Origin: Polyangiales bacterium
GTDB taxonomy: Bacteria; Myxococcota_A; Polyangia; Polyangiales; Houyiibacteriaceae
Assembly: GCA_965227405.1 (NCBI GenBank)
Contig: OZ245758.1
Span: 1,385,693-1,449,692, forward strand
Direction of reading: 5' to 3'
Length of the DNA stretch: 64,000 nt
This document shows, one piece after another, positions 18,498 through 27,446 of this stretch. Each line of letters starts with the position of its first letter. Position 1 is the stretch's first letter. Made by a program: the position numbers and the translations under genes. The notes under the pieces were generated by a model, which had not been told where the DNA came from, did no database searches, and saw only the letters and a list, made by a program, of their open reading frames with translations.

Positions 18498-18578
18498 GGA
18501 AGCTCGTTCCAAACTGGCGAGAGATGGGTGTCTTGTCATTTGCCCGCAACTGGGGTCGCGCGGTTCCGATAAAGGGGC

Positions 18579-19529
18579 ATGACTCGCGCACGCTCCGAAT
18601 CCTACGACCTCGATTCAACCCCTTTCTACCACTGCATTTCGAGATGCGTACGCCGCGCATGGCTTTGCGGCCGCGACCCGTACACAGGACAAGACTTCGA
18701 ACACAGGAAAGACTGGATCGAAGAGCGTCTCTTCTTTCTCGCGGAGATCTTTGCCATCCAACTTTTTGCGTACGCGGTCATGTCCAACCACCTCCATATC
18801 GTGGTGCGAGTCGATCGCGCGTTGGCTCTGTCCTGGACCGACGAGGAGGTGGTCGAGCGCTACACGAGACTCTTCAAAAACTCCAAAGCGCGTCTGGATC
18901 CGCTGCCGAGTCACGCACGCAAGTCGCTGATCGCGTTGTGGCGCGAACGCCTTCACGATCTGTCTTGGATGATGCGCACGCTCAACGAGCACATTGCTCG
19001 GCGCGCCAACAAAGAAGACAACTGCACCGGCCGCTTCTGGGAGGGTCGCTTCAAGTCTCAACCGCTTCTCGATGAAACTGCGGTGCTCACATGCATGGCA
19101 TACGTCGACCTCAACGTCGTTCGGGCGGGCGAGGTTGAGTCGCTCGACGAAGCAATGCACACCTCGATCACGCGGCGGTTGAAATCGGCTCCGAGTGCGC
19201 CGCGCGGCCTCGCACCGTTCGAGGATCAAACTGGGAAGTCAGACATTGCGGTGCCCATGCATTTCCGCGACTACGTCGAGGTTCTCGAGTGGACGGGCCG
19301 GTGCTCACGCGCGTATGGACCCGGTGCACGCTTGCGCGGAAAACCGCCACAGCTTCTCACACAGCACAGTCTTGATTCGTCGACTTGGCTCGACACCATG
19401 CAAAGCCACGGTCTCTCCAAGCTTACCGCGCTGGGATCGACCTCAGAGATTGCCTCGTTTGCGACAAAGAAAGGTCGCACGTGGATCCGAGGAGCGGGTC
19501 TCGCCCGTGCTCGGACCTACCCTCGGTGA
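18579..19529 (+). CDS. HUH-family Y1 tyrosine transposase-like protein (IS200/IS605 TnpA-related long form, COG1943-like)
   Basis: HuH motif SNHLHIVV and the catalytic-Tyr region MAYVDLNVVRAGEV (YxxxNxVRAG). Also TGRFWEGRF. About 316 aa, so longer than minimal TnpA. No obvious terminal hairpins identified. Confidence 0.65.
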   Translation: MTRARSESYDLDSTPFYHCISRCVRRAWLCGRDPYTGQDFEHRKDWIEERLFFLAEIFAIQLFAYAVMSNHLHIVVRVDRALALSWTDEEVVERYTRLFKNSKARLDPLPSHARKSLIALWRERLHDLSWMMRTLNEHIARRANKEDNCTGRFWEGRFKSQPLLDETAVLTCMAYVDLNVVRAGEVESLDEAMHTSITRRLKSAPSAPRGLAPFEDQTGKSDIAVPMHFRDYVEVLEWTGRCSRAYGPGARLRGKPPQLLTQHSLDSSTWLDTMQSHGLSKLTALGSTSEIASFATKKGRTWIRGAGLARARTYPR

Positions 19530-19552
19530 CAAACGGGCCCTATGCTTAAGTC

Positions 19553-20026
19553 GTGGATCGAACTGTATTGTTGATTCGTGCTTTTCGCGCTGCCGCGAAT
19601 CGGTTACGCGACGGGGCAACGTACAAGTGGTCGCACTACGCGATGTGCAACTGCGGCAACTTGGCGCAAGTGGTTACAGAGCTAGATCCTTCAACGATCT
19701 ATGAAGCGGCATTCGATCGTCCAGGCGACTGGGGTGAGCAAGCTCGTGAGTACTGTCCGACCAGTGGGCGCCCAATGGATTTGATTCTGCGGCAGATGTT
19801 GGACTTAGGACTCTTACCGGAGGACATCCGCCATATCGAACGGCTTTCGCATCCGCACGTGCTTCGTCGAATCGATCGCCGGCGCAAACCTCTTCACCAT
19901 GCTCGTCGAGAAGACTGCGTGTTGTTCTTCGAAACATGGGCAACGATGCTGGAGGAGAGATTGTCAGACACCCAGCTGGCTGAACTCGCAGAACTCGATC
20001 GTGCTCCGCTTGCCGTGGCGAGCTAA
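19553..20026 (+). CDS. hypothetical protein (GTG start)
   Basis: ORF immediately downstream of the transposase-like gene. No recognizable domain. Slightly lower local GC. Confidence 0.4.
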   Translation: MDRTVLLIRAFRAAANRLRDGATYKWSHYAMCNCGNLAQVVTELDPSTIYEAAFDRPGDWGEQAREYCPTSGRPMDLILRQMLDLGLLPEDIRHIERLSHPHVLRRIDRRRKPLHHARREDCVLFFETWATMLEERLSDTQLAELAELDRAPLAVAS

Positions 20027-20044
20027 GGACAGCCACAAAAACGG

Positions 20045-20719
20045 TCAGAAACCTCGACCGAGCGTCTCGATTCGCACGACCCGGCCATCTTCAAACGTCA
20101 CACGGCGCATGAAACGAAGCGGACCGAAGTTGTACACCCACGTTTCGACTTGAACGGCGCGTTGGGCGGTCTGCACGACCCCCTCTACAGGCGCAACCGT
20201 CACGCCTGTTTGAACAACACGCGAGTTTTGCTCAGTTGGCTCACCCCAAGTTGCCCGGACGCGGGATGGTGAGTGTCCCAATCTCACGTCGTACGCTCGT
20301 GTGCCCAGTTGATCAGGCGGAAAGCCGCGACCCAACGTTTCAACGGTGTTCACCACCCCATCCTGAAACTCAATGCGGACCATGAAACGCTGGGGTCCAA
20401 AGTTGAGTGTCCACGTCTCGATGGTCGAGGTCACACTCCTGCTGAAGATGGCACCGAACTGCGCCTGATGGATTGTTCGCTGGTCGACGCGGACAGCCAC
20501 ATCAACGGGATCTCCGCAGCGCGCACGCACCTCTGCTTGGGTGTCTCCTCGATCGATCAAGTGGGTTCCGCATCGAAGAGCGCTCGCCTCGGCTTGAAAA
20601 ATGAACGAGGCCGCAAGCGCTGCCAGCGCTGCGGCGAGTTTGATGGGTGTCCTTGGGCTAAGCCGCATCATTCCTGAACGATGAACTCCCTCTCGCCTCG
20701 GGACAACGAGGGGATCCAC
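20045..20719 (-). CDS. secreted protein with two tandem ~85-aa repeats (DUF2845-like)
   Basis: Signal peptide AALAALAASFIFQAEA. Repeat units end IETWTLNFGPQRFMVRIEFQDGVVNTVETLGRGF and VETWVYNFGPLRFMRRVTFEDGRVVRIETLGRGF. Confidence 0.6.
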   Translation of the reverse strand: MDPLVVPRREGVHRSGMMRLSPRTPIKLAAALAALAASFIFQAEASALRCGTHLIDRGDTQAEVRARCGDPVDVAVRVDQRTIHQAQFGAIFSRSVTSTIETWTLNFGPQRFMVRIEFQDGVVNTVETLGRGFPPDQLGTRAYDVRLGHSPSRVRATWGEPTEQNSRVVQTGVTVAPVEGVVQTAQRAVQVETWVYNFGPLRFMRRVTFEDGRVVRIETLGRGF

Positions 20720-20723
20720 CTGT

Positions 20724-21551
20724 TCACGTCATGGCCAACCGCATTTCATCGGCGCTCTGATACCGCTCGGTCGGATTCTTGCGAATCGCCTTCATGACCA
20801 CGCGATCCACGCGTGGATCCAACGACGGTCGGACAGTCGAGGGTGGAGGCGGAAAATCCTCCAAGATGGTGCGAAACACCTCTTCCACAGGTCCCTCAAC
20901 GGGCGGAAACGCACGCTGCCCAGTCAGCAGTTCGTAGGCCAAAACGCCGGCGCCATACACATCCGTCCTCGCATCGACGGGATCTGCAAGGATCTGCTCG
21001 GGAGACATATAACTGGGTGTCCCGAGAGCTTCCTGCGGCTTGGTGAGCGTGGTGGTCGGGGTCAGTCGGTCCAGATCCTTGCTCAAACCAAAGTCGATCA
21101 CCTTCACAACACCTTCACTTGTGATGAAGACGTTTGATGGCTTGAGATCCCGATGAACCACGCCCCCGTCGTGGGCGGCCTGCACACCACGAAGCACCGA
21201 AACGATGATCTTGCGTGTCCTGGGAACCAACATCGGCCCTTCTCGCAAGGTGGCCAATAGGGTGTCCCCCACCAGCAGCTCCATCACGAGAAACGGGGTC
21301 TGGTCCACCACGCCTGCATCGTAGGTTTCGACGACGTTCGGGTGCTTCACCTGCGCGGCCAACCGAGCCTCACGGACAAAACGCCGATGCAGGGTGTCTG
21401 TGTTCAGGTGTTCAGCCAGAACCTTCACAGCCACCGGTCGGCCAAGATGGGTGTCCCAGGCTCGATGAACCACCGACATCCCGCCTTTGGCGAGGACCTT
21501 TTCCAGCCGGTAACGGTCAAGCAAGACTTCGCCTGCGCTAAACCGGCTCAC
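20724..21551 (-). CDS. Hanks-type Ser/Thr protein kinase, catalytic domain only (275 aa)
   Basis: LAKGGMSVVHRA, AVKVL, HRDLKPSNVF, DFGLSK, GTPSYMSPEQ. Four bp downstream of the Hsp70-like gene, so probably an operon. Confidence 0.85.
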   Translation of the reverse strand: MSRFSAGEVLLDRYRLEKVLAKGGMSVVHRAWDTHLGRPVAVKVLAEHLNTDTLHRRFVREARLAAQVKHPNVVETYDAGVVDQTPFLVMELLVGDTLLATLREGPMLVPRTRKIIVSVLRGVQAAHDGGVVHRDLKPSNVFITSEGVVKVIDFGLSKDLDRLTPTTTLTKPQEALGTPSYMSPEQILADPVDARTDVYGAGVLAYELLTGQRAFPPVEGPVEEVFRTILEDFPPPPSTVRPSLDPRVDRVVMKAIRKNPTERYQSADEMRLAMT

Positions 21552-21554
21552 GCT

Positions 21555-23366
21555 TCACTCTCGTACGTCGAGTTCGACTTTCCATACGTGCTCACCCCCA
21601 CGACTGAGGGCTTCGAGCACAAGAGTACCTAACTCCGACACTCGACCGCGAAGACGAACGGGAACCACTTCACCAGGCGAGTTCCCCTCCGTTGGCAATG
21701 TGGCCTCAATCTGCCCCAACTCCACGAGTTCGTCGTCGTTCCACCGCTCGAGCAACGCGCCTGTGTCGTCGTCCCTTCGCACGGACGAACCAAAGAATCG
21801 AAACCGCACGGGCTCCCCAACGACCAAACCCAGTTCCTGCGGCGGTGCTTGCGAGGCACTGCCCTCTTCCAACCCAAAGGGTGCAACACACAGCGCGTGA
21901 ATCGGTGGCTCGATCCCCGGAACGGCGGGAGCTGCTGTCTCCACACCCACATAAAACGCCTGCGCCATTCCTCCACGAATGCGCACTCCGCCACCCTGTC
22001 GAACGTACCCGTAATACGCCGCACCACGCGCCACGGCACCATCCAGATCAGCGCCCTCAAGCACGCGTGCAGCCGGTGCGCCATCGCTTTCCAACCACTT
22101 TGTGATCAACGCCTCCACACGCTTTGCGATCACCGGTGCCTTGAACACACCACCGTTGAACAGGATCGCAGTCGGATGCAGAAACGCGGCGTCTGGTGAC
22201 ACATCAAACAGGTCCGCGGTTGCATTCACCTGTCGGCTCAAGAACGCAGCGAGGTGACGCGTGATCGCCGCATCCTGCGCGTACGGAAGCCCCAACTGGG
22301 TCAACGCACTTCGCGCACGCGTCTTCGGCTTCGAGTCCACGCCCACATCCGGGAAGAAACCCTCCAACACAACGGCTTCCACATCTGCGCGCGTCAACTC
22401 CGTGCGCAACGAACCACCGATCAACTTGCTGCCTCGGCTGGGCACCACAATCGGAACGCTGTCCGCCTTCCCGGCCAACAAGATCTCTTTCGCGCTTCGG
22501 CAGCTCTGCGTGATCGCGCGTACCTGCCAGTCATCGAGCTTCTTGCCCTCGGCTTCGAGCTTCGCTTTCACGGTGTAGCCCAAGGCGAGATCCATGTTGT
22601 CGCCGCCGAGCAAAATGTGGTCGCCCACGGCAACCCGTTCCAACTGCAGCGCACCCTCACTCTCGTGCACCGCAATCAGCGAGAGGTCGGTGGTTCCACC
22701 ACCCACATCAACCACAAGAATCACGTCGCCGACGTTCAGCTTGTCGCGCCACTCACCTCGGGTCTGTTGAATCCACGCGTAGAGCGCAGCTTGGGGCTCT
22801 TCGAGAAGCGTCAGGTTCGCGTACCCAGCTTTTTGGGCAGCCTCCGCCGTCAGTTCGCGCGCCGCGGGGTCGAACGACGCGGGAACCGTCAGCACGACCT
22901 CTTGATCCGCAAAGGGTTCCCCGGAATTCGCATGGTCCCAAGCCGCTTTGAGGTGCGCGAGGTACTGCACCGAAGCATCCAACGGGCTTAGCCGCGTGAC
23001 GTCGTCCGGTGCATCTGTCGGTAGGATCGGACCACGACGGTCGACCGCCGTATGACCCAGCCAGGACTTCGCGCTCGCAACCAAACGAATGGGTGTCTTG
23101 GCGCCAAGCACTCGCGCCAACTCGCCCACGACGTACGAGGGTGTCGCGTTCCACGGCAAGCTCGATGCACCACGGGCGAGTTCCGTGTCGTGTGGAAGAT
23201 AGAGAAAGCTTGGCAGCAACGTGCGCCGCTCCACTTCCGCTGGAGCGATCGCTTGATCGATTCCAAACGGTTGAAGCGCGACCTCTTCGCCTTCACTCAG
23301 ATCCAAATCCAACGCAGACAACGCACAGTGCGTCGTTCCAAGGTCGACACCGAGTACGAACGTCAC
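21555..23366 (-). CDS. Hsp70-family (DnaK-like) ATPase-fold protein, paralog of 13552-16386
   Basis: VLGVDLGTTHCALS, QEVVLTVPASFDPAARELT, LLEEPQAALYAW, ILVVDVGGGTTDLSLIAV. The start is taken at GTG 23366 (V47 of the longer ORF), which overlaps the upstream gene. Confidence 0.8.
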   Translation of the reverse strand: MTFVLGVDLGTTHCALSALDLDLSEGEEVALQPFGIDQAIAPAEVERRTLLPSFLYLPHDTELARGASSLPWNATPSYVVGELARVLGAKTPIRLVASAKSWLGHTAVDRRGPILPTDAPDDVTRLSPLDASVQYLAHLKAAWDHANSGEPFADQEVVLTVPASFDPAARELTAEAAQKAGYANLTLLEEPQAALYAWIQQTRGEWRDKLNVGDVILVVDVGGGTTDLSLIAVHESEGALQLERVAVGDHILLGGDNMDLALGYTVKAKLEAEGKKLDDWQVRAITQSCRSAKEILLAGKADSVPIVVPSRGSKLIGGSLRTELTRADVEAVVLEGFFPDVGVDSKPKTRARSALTQLGLPYAQDAAITRHLAAFLSRQVNATADLFDVSPDAAFLHPTAILFNGGVFKAPVIAKRVEALITKWLESDGAPAARVLEGADLDGAVARGAAYYGYVRQGGGVRIRGGMAQAFYVGVETAAPAVPGIEPPIHALCVAPFGLEEGSASQAPPQELGLVVGEPVRFRFFGSSVRRDDDTGALLERWNDDELVELGQIEATLPTEGNSPGEVVPVRLRGRVSELGTLVLEALSRGGEHVWKVELDVRE

Positions 23367-23379
23367 AACTGCACCGCGA

Positions 23380-23955
23380 TCAAAGCTCGACCTCAGCGGG
23401 CGCGACCACCGACAAGTCGTGCCCCGCAGCAACTTTCGGCAAGCGCACCTCCGCAATCTTCCAACCGCGATGTTGCAACGTTCCCTTGAACGGCGGCTCG
23501 CCAACCACGTTTCCGGTCACGCGAACCTCGGTCGCGTCGAATCCCTTCGGGAGCTCCACCGACGTTCCCTCTTCCTCAGACCGCACGGGTGTAACGTCAA
23601 AGTGCTCGGCCAGCGCTTTCTTGCACCCTTCGTGCACGACGCGTGCAGCAGCGCCAATGTCGGAGTCGGAAAACGCAGACACGTCTTCTTCCAAAAAGTC
23701 GATGAACCGACCTTCGCGTTGCAAGAGACCAAGCAGTTGAAGCGCAGCATCGGGTGTCGCTTCCACGACGGGAGGCGGTTCGGGTTCAGGCTCTGGCTCG
23801 GGCTCAGGGGCCGGCAATGCAGGCTCGCCCTGCATGAGCTGTCTCACAGAGGCACCCAGGTCCGCTGAGAACAGAACGCGTAGTGCGAGGCCAAAACGCG
23901 CGAAGAAGGAAGGCTTCCGTTCCAATGCTCGTAACTCCTGGCGCGGCTGTAGCAC
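23380..23955 (-). CDS. DUF2760-like protein (Hsp70-associated small protein)
   Basis: About 190 aa with an N-terminal hydrophobic FFARFGLALRVLF, a PEPEPEPEPEPP linker, and a conserved C-terminal domain (LQREGRFIDFLEEDV...GNVVGEPPFKGTLQHRGWK). Sits directly upstream of the Hsp70-like gene. The family assignment is from memory of the DUF2760 context. Confidence 0.5.
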   Translation of the reverse strand: MLQPRQELRALERKPSFFARFGLALRVLFSADLGASVRQLMQGEPALPAPEPEPEPEPEPPPVVEATPDAALQLLGLLQREGRFIDFLEEDVSAFSDSDIGAAARVVHEGCKKALAEHFDVTPVRSEEEGTSVELPKGFDATEVRVTGNVVGEPPFKGTLQHRGWKIAEVRLPKVAAGHDLSVVAPAEVEL

Positions 23956-24055
23956 ACCAGCACTGGATCGGCCCCGCGTTGCTCTGGTACTGAGGCCGCG
24001 CTCGACAAAAACGATCGAGATGACGGCGAAGCGATTCGCCCCCTAGGAGGCAAGA

Positions 24056-24658
24056 ATGAAGAGTCTCAGCGTTGCGATTGGACTGCTCCTGGCCGTTGGA
24101 TGCGGCGGAAACGAAGCGGAGCAACAGCAACAAGCGAACGAGCAGGCGGAAGCCCTGGCCAACCAGCTGGGTGCCGCCCTTAACATGGCAGCGGAACAGG
24201 CGCAGCAGCAGCAAGCAGCGCAGCCTGCTCAGGCCGCTCAGCCCGCCGGTGATTCGAACTTCGGCACCGTGAGCCTGAACCCGGGCTTCATGCCGGATCC
24301 GCACACCGCGTCCGGTACCTCGGGCGGCGCCACCGACGCCACCACGCTCGGCACCGCCGGCTGCGTTGGCTACATCGCCGGTACCCCGGACCACCTGTTC
24401 AACGCGACTGGCGCGTTCTCGAGCCTTCGCGTCATGGCGCACTCCACCGCCGACATCACCCTCGTGATTCAGAAGCCCGACGGAAGCTACGTCTGCGACG
24501 ACGACACCGACGGCACCAACCCGCTCGTCGAGGCCCCCTTCCCGGCCGGCGTGTACAAGGTCTGGATCGGAAGCTACGAGCAGGGCACCAACTCGCCCTA
24601 CACGCTCGGATTCTCGGAGCTTAGCTCCAGCACCCCCAGCTCGCTGGCAGGTGGCTGA
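24056..24658 (+). CDS. lipoprotein with Gln/Ala-rich linker and C-terminal beta-sandwich (PPC-like) domain
   Basis: Lipobox LLAVGC; QQQ/AQPAQAAQPA linker; C-terminal ITLVIQKPDGSYVCDDDTDGTNP...GVYKVWIGSYE. Confidence 0.5.
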   Translation: MKSLSVAIGLLLAVGCGGNEAEQQQQANEQAEALANQLGAALNMAAEQAQQQQAAQPAQAAQPAGDSNFGTVSLNPGFMPDPHTASGTSGGATDATTLGTAGCVGYIAGTPDHLFNATGAFSSLRVMAHSTADITLVIQKPDGSYVCDDDTDGTNPLVEAPFPAGVYKVWIGSYEQGTNSPYTLGFSELSSSTPSSLAGG

Positions 24659-24691
24659 TCACTCGAGTTCAACTCGTTTGAAGGAGACTTG

Positions 24692-24722
24692 GGCCGTTCT
24701 TTCGGGAACGGCCTTTCTCTTT
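24692..24722 (+). terminator. rho-independent terminator (8-bp GC stem GGCCGTTC/GAACGGCC followed by TTTCTCTTT)
   Basis: The hairpin is at 24692-24713, followed by a T-rich tract. It lies 34 bp after the stop of the 24056-24658 gene. Confidence 0.6.
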
Positions 24723-24796
24723 GCTCTCAAGACACCTGTTCAAGAAGCAAAGATCCATCCCTTCTCGCGCGTCGTACCTCACGCCGGATATAGTTC

Positions 24797-26458
24797 GTGA
24801 CGATGGATTCTGCCCAAGAGCTCGACCCGAAGGTCGGCATGATGTTGCAGGACCGCTATCGCGTCGTGCGCAAGCTCGGCGAGGGCGGAATGGGCGCGGT
24901 CTACGAAGGCGAGCACGTGCTCATCAAGAAGCGCGTCGCGATCAAGTGTTTGCACCCGCAGTTCGCGAAGAACCCCGAAGTTGTCGCTCGCTTCCACCGC
25001 GAAGCACACGCCGCCACGAGCATTGGCCACGAGAACATCATCGAGGTCACGGACATGGGTCGTTTCGACGACGGCACTGTGTTCATGGTTCTCGAATTTC
25101 TCGAGGGTCGCGATTGGAGCGACGACATTGAGAGTCACGGTGCACAACCTCTCGGTCGTGTGGTTCGGATCATGTCGCAAGTCTGCGACGCGCTGGATGC
25201 CGCCCACTCGAAAGGAATCGTTCACCGCGATCTCAAACCGGAGAACATCTATCTAATTTCACGAGGTGGAAACTCGGACTTCGTGAAGGTGCTCGACTTC
25301 GGCATCTCGAAGTTCAAAGACCCCAACGGGCCAAACAAGTCGATGACCCAAACGGGCACCACGCTTGGCACGCCCTACTACATGTCCCCGGAACAAGCGC
25401 AGGGACGCAAAGACGTCGACGCGCGCGCGGACATCTACTCACTCGGAGTCATTCTCTTTCAAGCACTGACGGGGCAGTACCCGTTCGACGACGATTCGTA
25501 CCCGATGCTTGTGTTGAAGATCTGCACGGAGCCCGCTCCTTTGGCGCGCACGTTTCGTCCCGATCTGCCCGAGGAAGTCGAAGCGATCATCGCGCGTTTG
25601 CTCAGCAAGGATCCAAACGAGCGGTTTCAAGACTGTGGCAGCCTCAAAGCAGCGCTCGCGCCCTTTGCAGAGGCCGATGCAGCACCGGTTGTCGCGGATG
25701 CCCCTTCGACGAAAGGCGCGCAATCGTCGGTTCTCGGCAAAGCCGCTTCCGGTGTTCGCCCGCGCGATCAAGAAGGATTTCCGAGCCAGCCGTACGACCA
25801 GAGTGCCTTCACTCCGCCGACCAAGAGCCGTCTCCCACTGATCGTGGGTGGTGCACTGATTCTTCTCCTCGGAGCGGGTGCTGCCATCGCCGTCGGATCG
25901 GGTGCGTTCTCGAGTGACCCCGAACCAGTCGTCCCTCCAAGGGTGCTTCCGCAACTGCCGACACAGCCAACGACCATGGCGGAAGAGCGGGTCGCGGTGA
26001 ACATCACGACGCTCGACGAAGCGGGTCAACCTCTCGCTGCAGACCTTTTTCTCGACGGGTCACCGATTCGGAACCCGTTTCAGGGCCAGCTTCCTCGACG
26101 CCTGTTTCGCGTCGAAGCGCGCAAGGATGGGTACACAAGCGTGATCCAGGACATGAACCTGGAGTTCGACGCCGGTGGCGAACTCACGCTGCGGATGGAG
26201 CGTGGTTCGGGCACGGACGACCGTCGAAGCTCGATGCGAACGGCACGAATGACGTCGATGTCCTCCATGCAGGCGACCACAACGATGGAGACGCCCACCA
26301 CGATGGAGGCAGCGCCAACAATGCGTGAGCGGCCGCAACAGACGGTCACGGTGACGGAGCCTCCCCCAGTCATGGAACCTGCGATGCAGGAGGCCCCCAT
26401 GACCTCCGAGCCGGCGACGATGATGGATTCGATCATCCGGCTCAGCGGCATGATCTGA
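24797..26458 (+). CDS. Hanks-type Ser/Thr protein kinase with TM helix and C-terminal PEGA-like domain
   Basis: LGEGGMGAVYEG, VAIKCL, HRDLKPENIYL, DFGISKF, GTPYYMSPEQ. TM is LPLIVGGALILLLGAGAAIAV. PEGA-like segment FLDGSPIRNPF...RVEARKDGY. Confidence 0.9.
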   Translation: MTMDSAQELDPKVGMMLQDRYRVVRKLGEGGMGAVYEGEHVLIKKRVAIKCLHPQFAKNPEVVARFHREAHAATSIGHENIIEVTDMGRFDDGTVFMVLEFLEGRDWSDDIESHGAQPLGRVVRIMSQVCDALDAAHSKGIVHRDLKPENIYLISRGGNSDFVKVLDFGISKFKDPNGPNKSMTQTGTTLGTPYYMSPEQAQGRKDVDARADIYSLGVILFQALTGQYPFDDDSYPMLVLKICTEPAPLARTFRPDLPEEVEAIIARLLSKDPNERFQDCGSLKAALAPFAEADAAPVVADAPSTKGAQSSVLGKAASGVRPRDQEGFPSQPYDQSAFTPPTKSRLPLIVGGALILLLGAGAAIAVGSGAFSSDPEPVVPPRVLPQLPTQPTTMAEERVAVNITTLDEAGQPLAADLFLDGSPIRNPFQGQLPRRLFRVEARKDGYTSVIQDMNLEFDAGGELTLRMERGSGTDDRRSSMRTARMTSMSSMQATTTMETPTTMEAAPTMRERPQQTVTVTEPPPVMEPAMQEAPMTSEPATMMDSIIRLSGMI

Positions 26459-26477
26459 TGGTGGTACGCTCCGCGTC

Positions 26478-27446
26478 ATGGCACGTGGATGGTGGGTGAT
26501 CCTCCTCTTGCTGGCGTCCTCGGCGGTTGCTCAACCGCCCGCAGAGACGCCTGCAGAGACTAGCGAAGAGCAGCCTGAAGAAGAGGTGGTCCCACCGCAG
26601 GACCCGCCTCAATTGGTCGAAGCACGTGAGCGCATTGCGCGAGCGGAAACGCTGTTTGATTCGGAGAGCTACGACGCGGCGCTCGCCGAGTTCCAGCGCG
26701 CACTCGAGTTGCTTGAGGGCCACGAGATGCGCTTCTTCGTCCTCTTCAATATCGGGCGTTGCCAGGAAAAGCTGTTTCGATACTCGGAAGCCATGGCGAG
26801 CTACCGCGGGTTCCTCGACCAAGGGGGTGCAGACACCGAGTACGCGCCGCAGGTCACCGCGAAGATCGATCTGCTTGAAGGCTTGCTCGGAACCGTTCGC
26901 GTGTCGGTGAACATCCAGGGGTACGAGCTCTGGGTGGATGACCGCATGATCGGCACCGACGAAACCGAGATTCTCCTTCCCGGCGGATCGCACGTCGTGG
27001 AGGTTCGTGCGGAGGGCTACGTCCAAGCGCAGCAGCAGGTCGATGTTGTCGCGCGCGACGAGTCGCAGCTCACGTTTGAGATGGAGGAGCTCGCCGAAGA
27101 GTTTGAAGGACTGCATCCGGGACTCTTCTGGACGGGTGTGGGCGTCACGGTGGTCGCGCTCGCCGGTGGAATCGCGTTTGGTGCTCAGGCGCTCAGCCGA
27201 AGCAACGACGTCGATTCACGCGATCCGTCCATCGCGACGAGCGCGGAAGTCGACGACATCAAGAGTTCTGCCCGAAACGCTGACATCCTGTTTGGCGTGG
27301 CGGCATTGGCTGCGACCACCACCGTCATCTTTGCCGTGTTTACCAACTTCGGCGGCGATAGCAGCGACGATGACGAAGCGAGTATTCGGATCCAACCTGC
27401 CGCCGGGCCCGGTGGTGCAGGCCTCAACGTTCAGGGGTCGTTCTGA
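26478..27446 (+). CDS. secreted TPR-like plus PEGA-domain protein with C-terminal TM anchor
   Basis: Signal peptide. TPR-like region YDAALAEFQRALELLEGH...RCQEKLFRYSEAMASY. PEGA-like segment VSVNIQGYELWVDDRMIGT...VRAEGY. TM is LFWTGVGVTVVALAGGIAFGA. Starts 20 bp after the kinase stop. Confidence 0.6.
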   Translation: MARGWWVILLLLASSAVAQPPAETPAETSEEQPEEEVVPPQDPPQLVEARERIARAETLFDSESYDAALAEFQRALELLEGHEMRFFVLFNIGRCQEKLFRYSEAMASYRGFLDQGGADTEYAPQVTAKIDLLEGLLGTVRVSVNIQGYELWVDDRMIGTDETEILLPGGSHVVEVRAEGYVQAQQQVDVVARDESQLTFEMEELAEEFEGLHPGLFWTGVGVTVVALAGGIAFGAQALSRSNDVDSRDPSIATSAEVDDIKSSARNADILFGVAALAATTTVIFAVFTNFGGDSSDDDEASIRIQPAAGPGGAGLNVQGSF

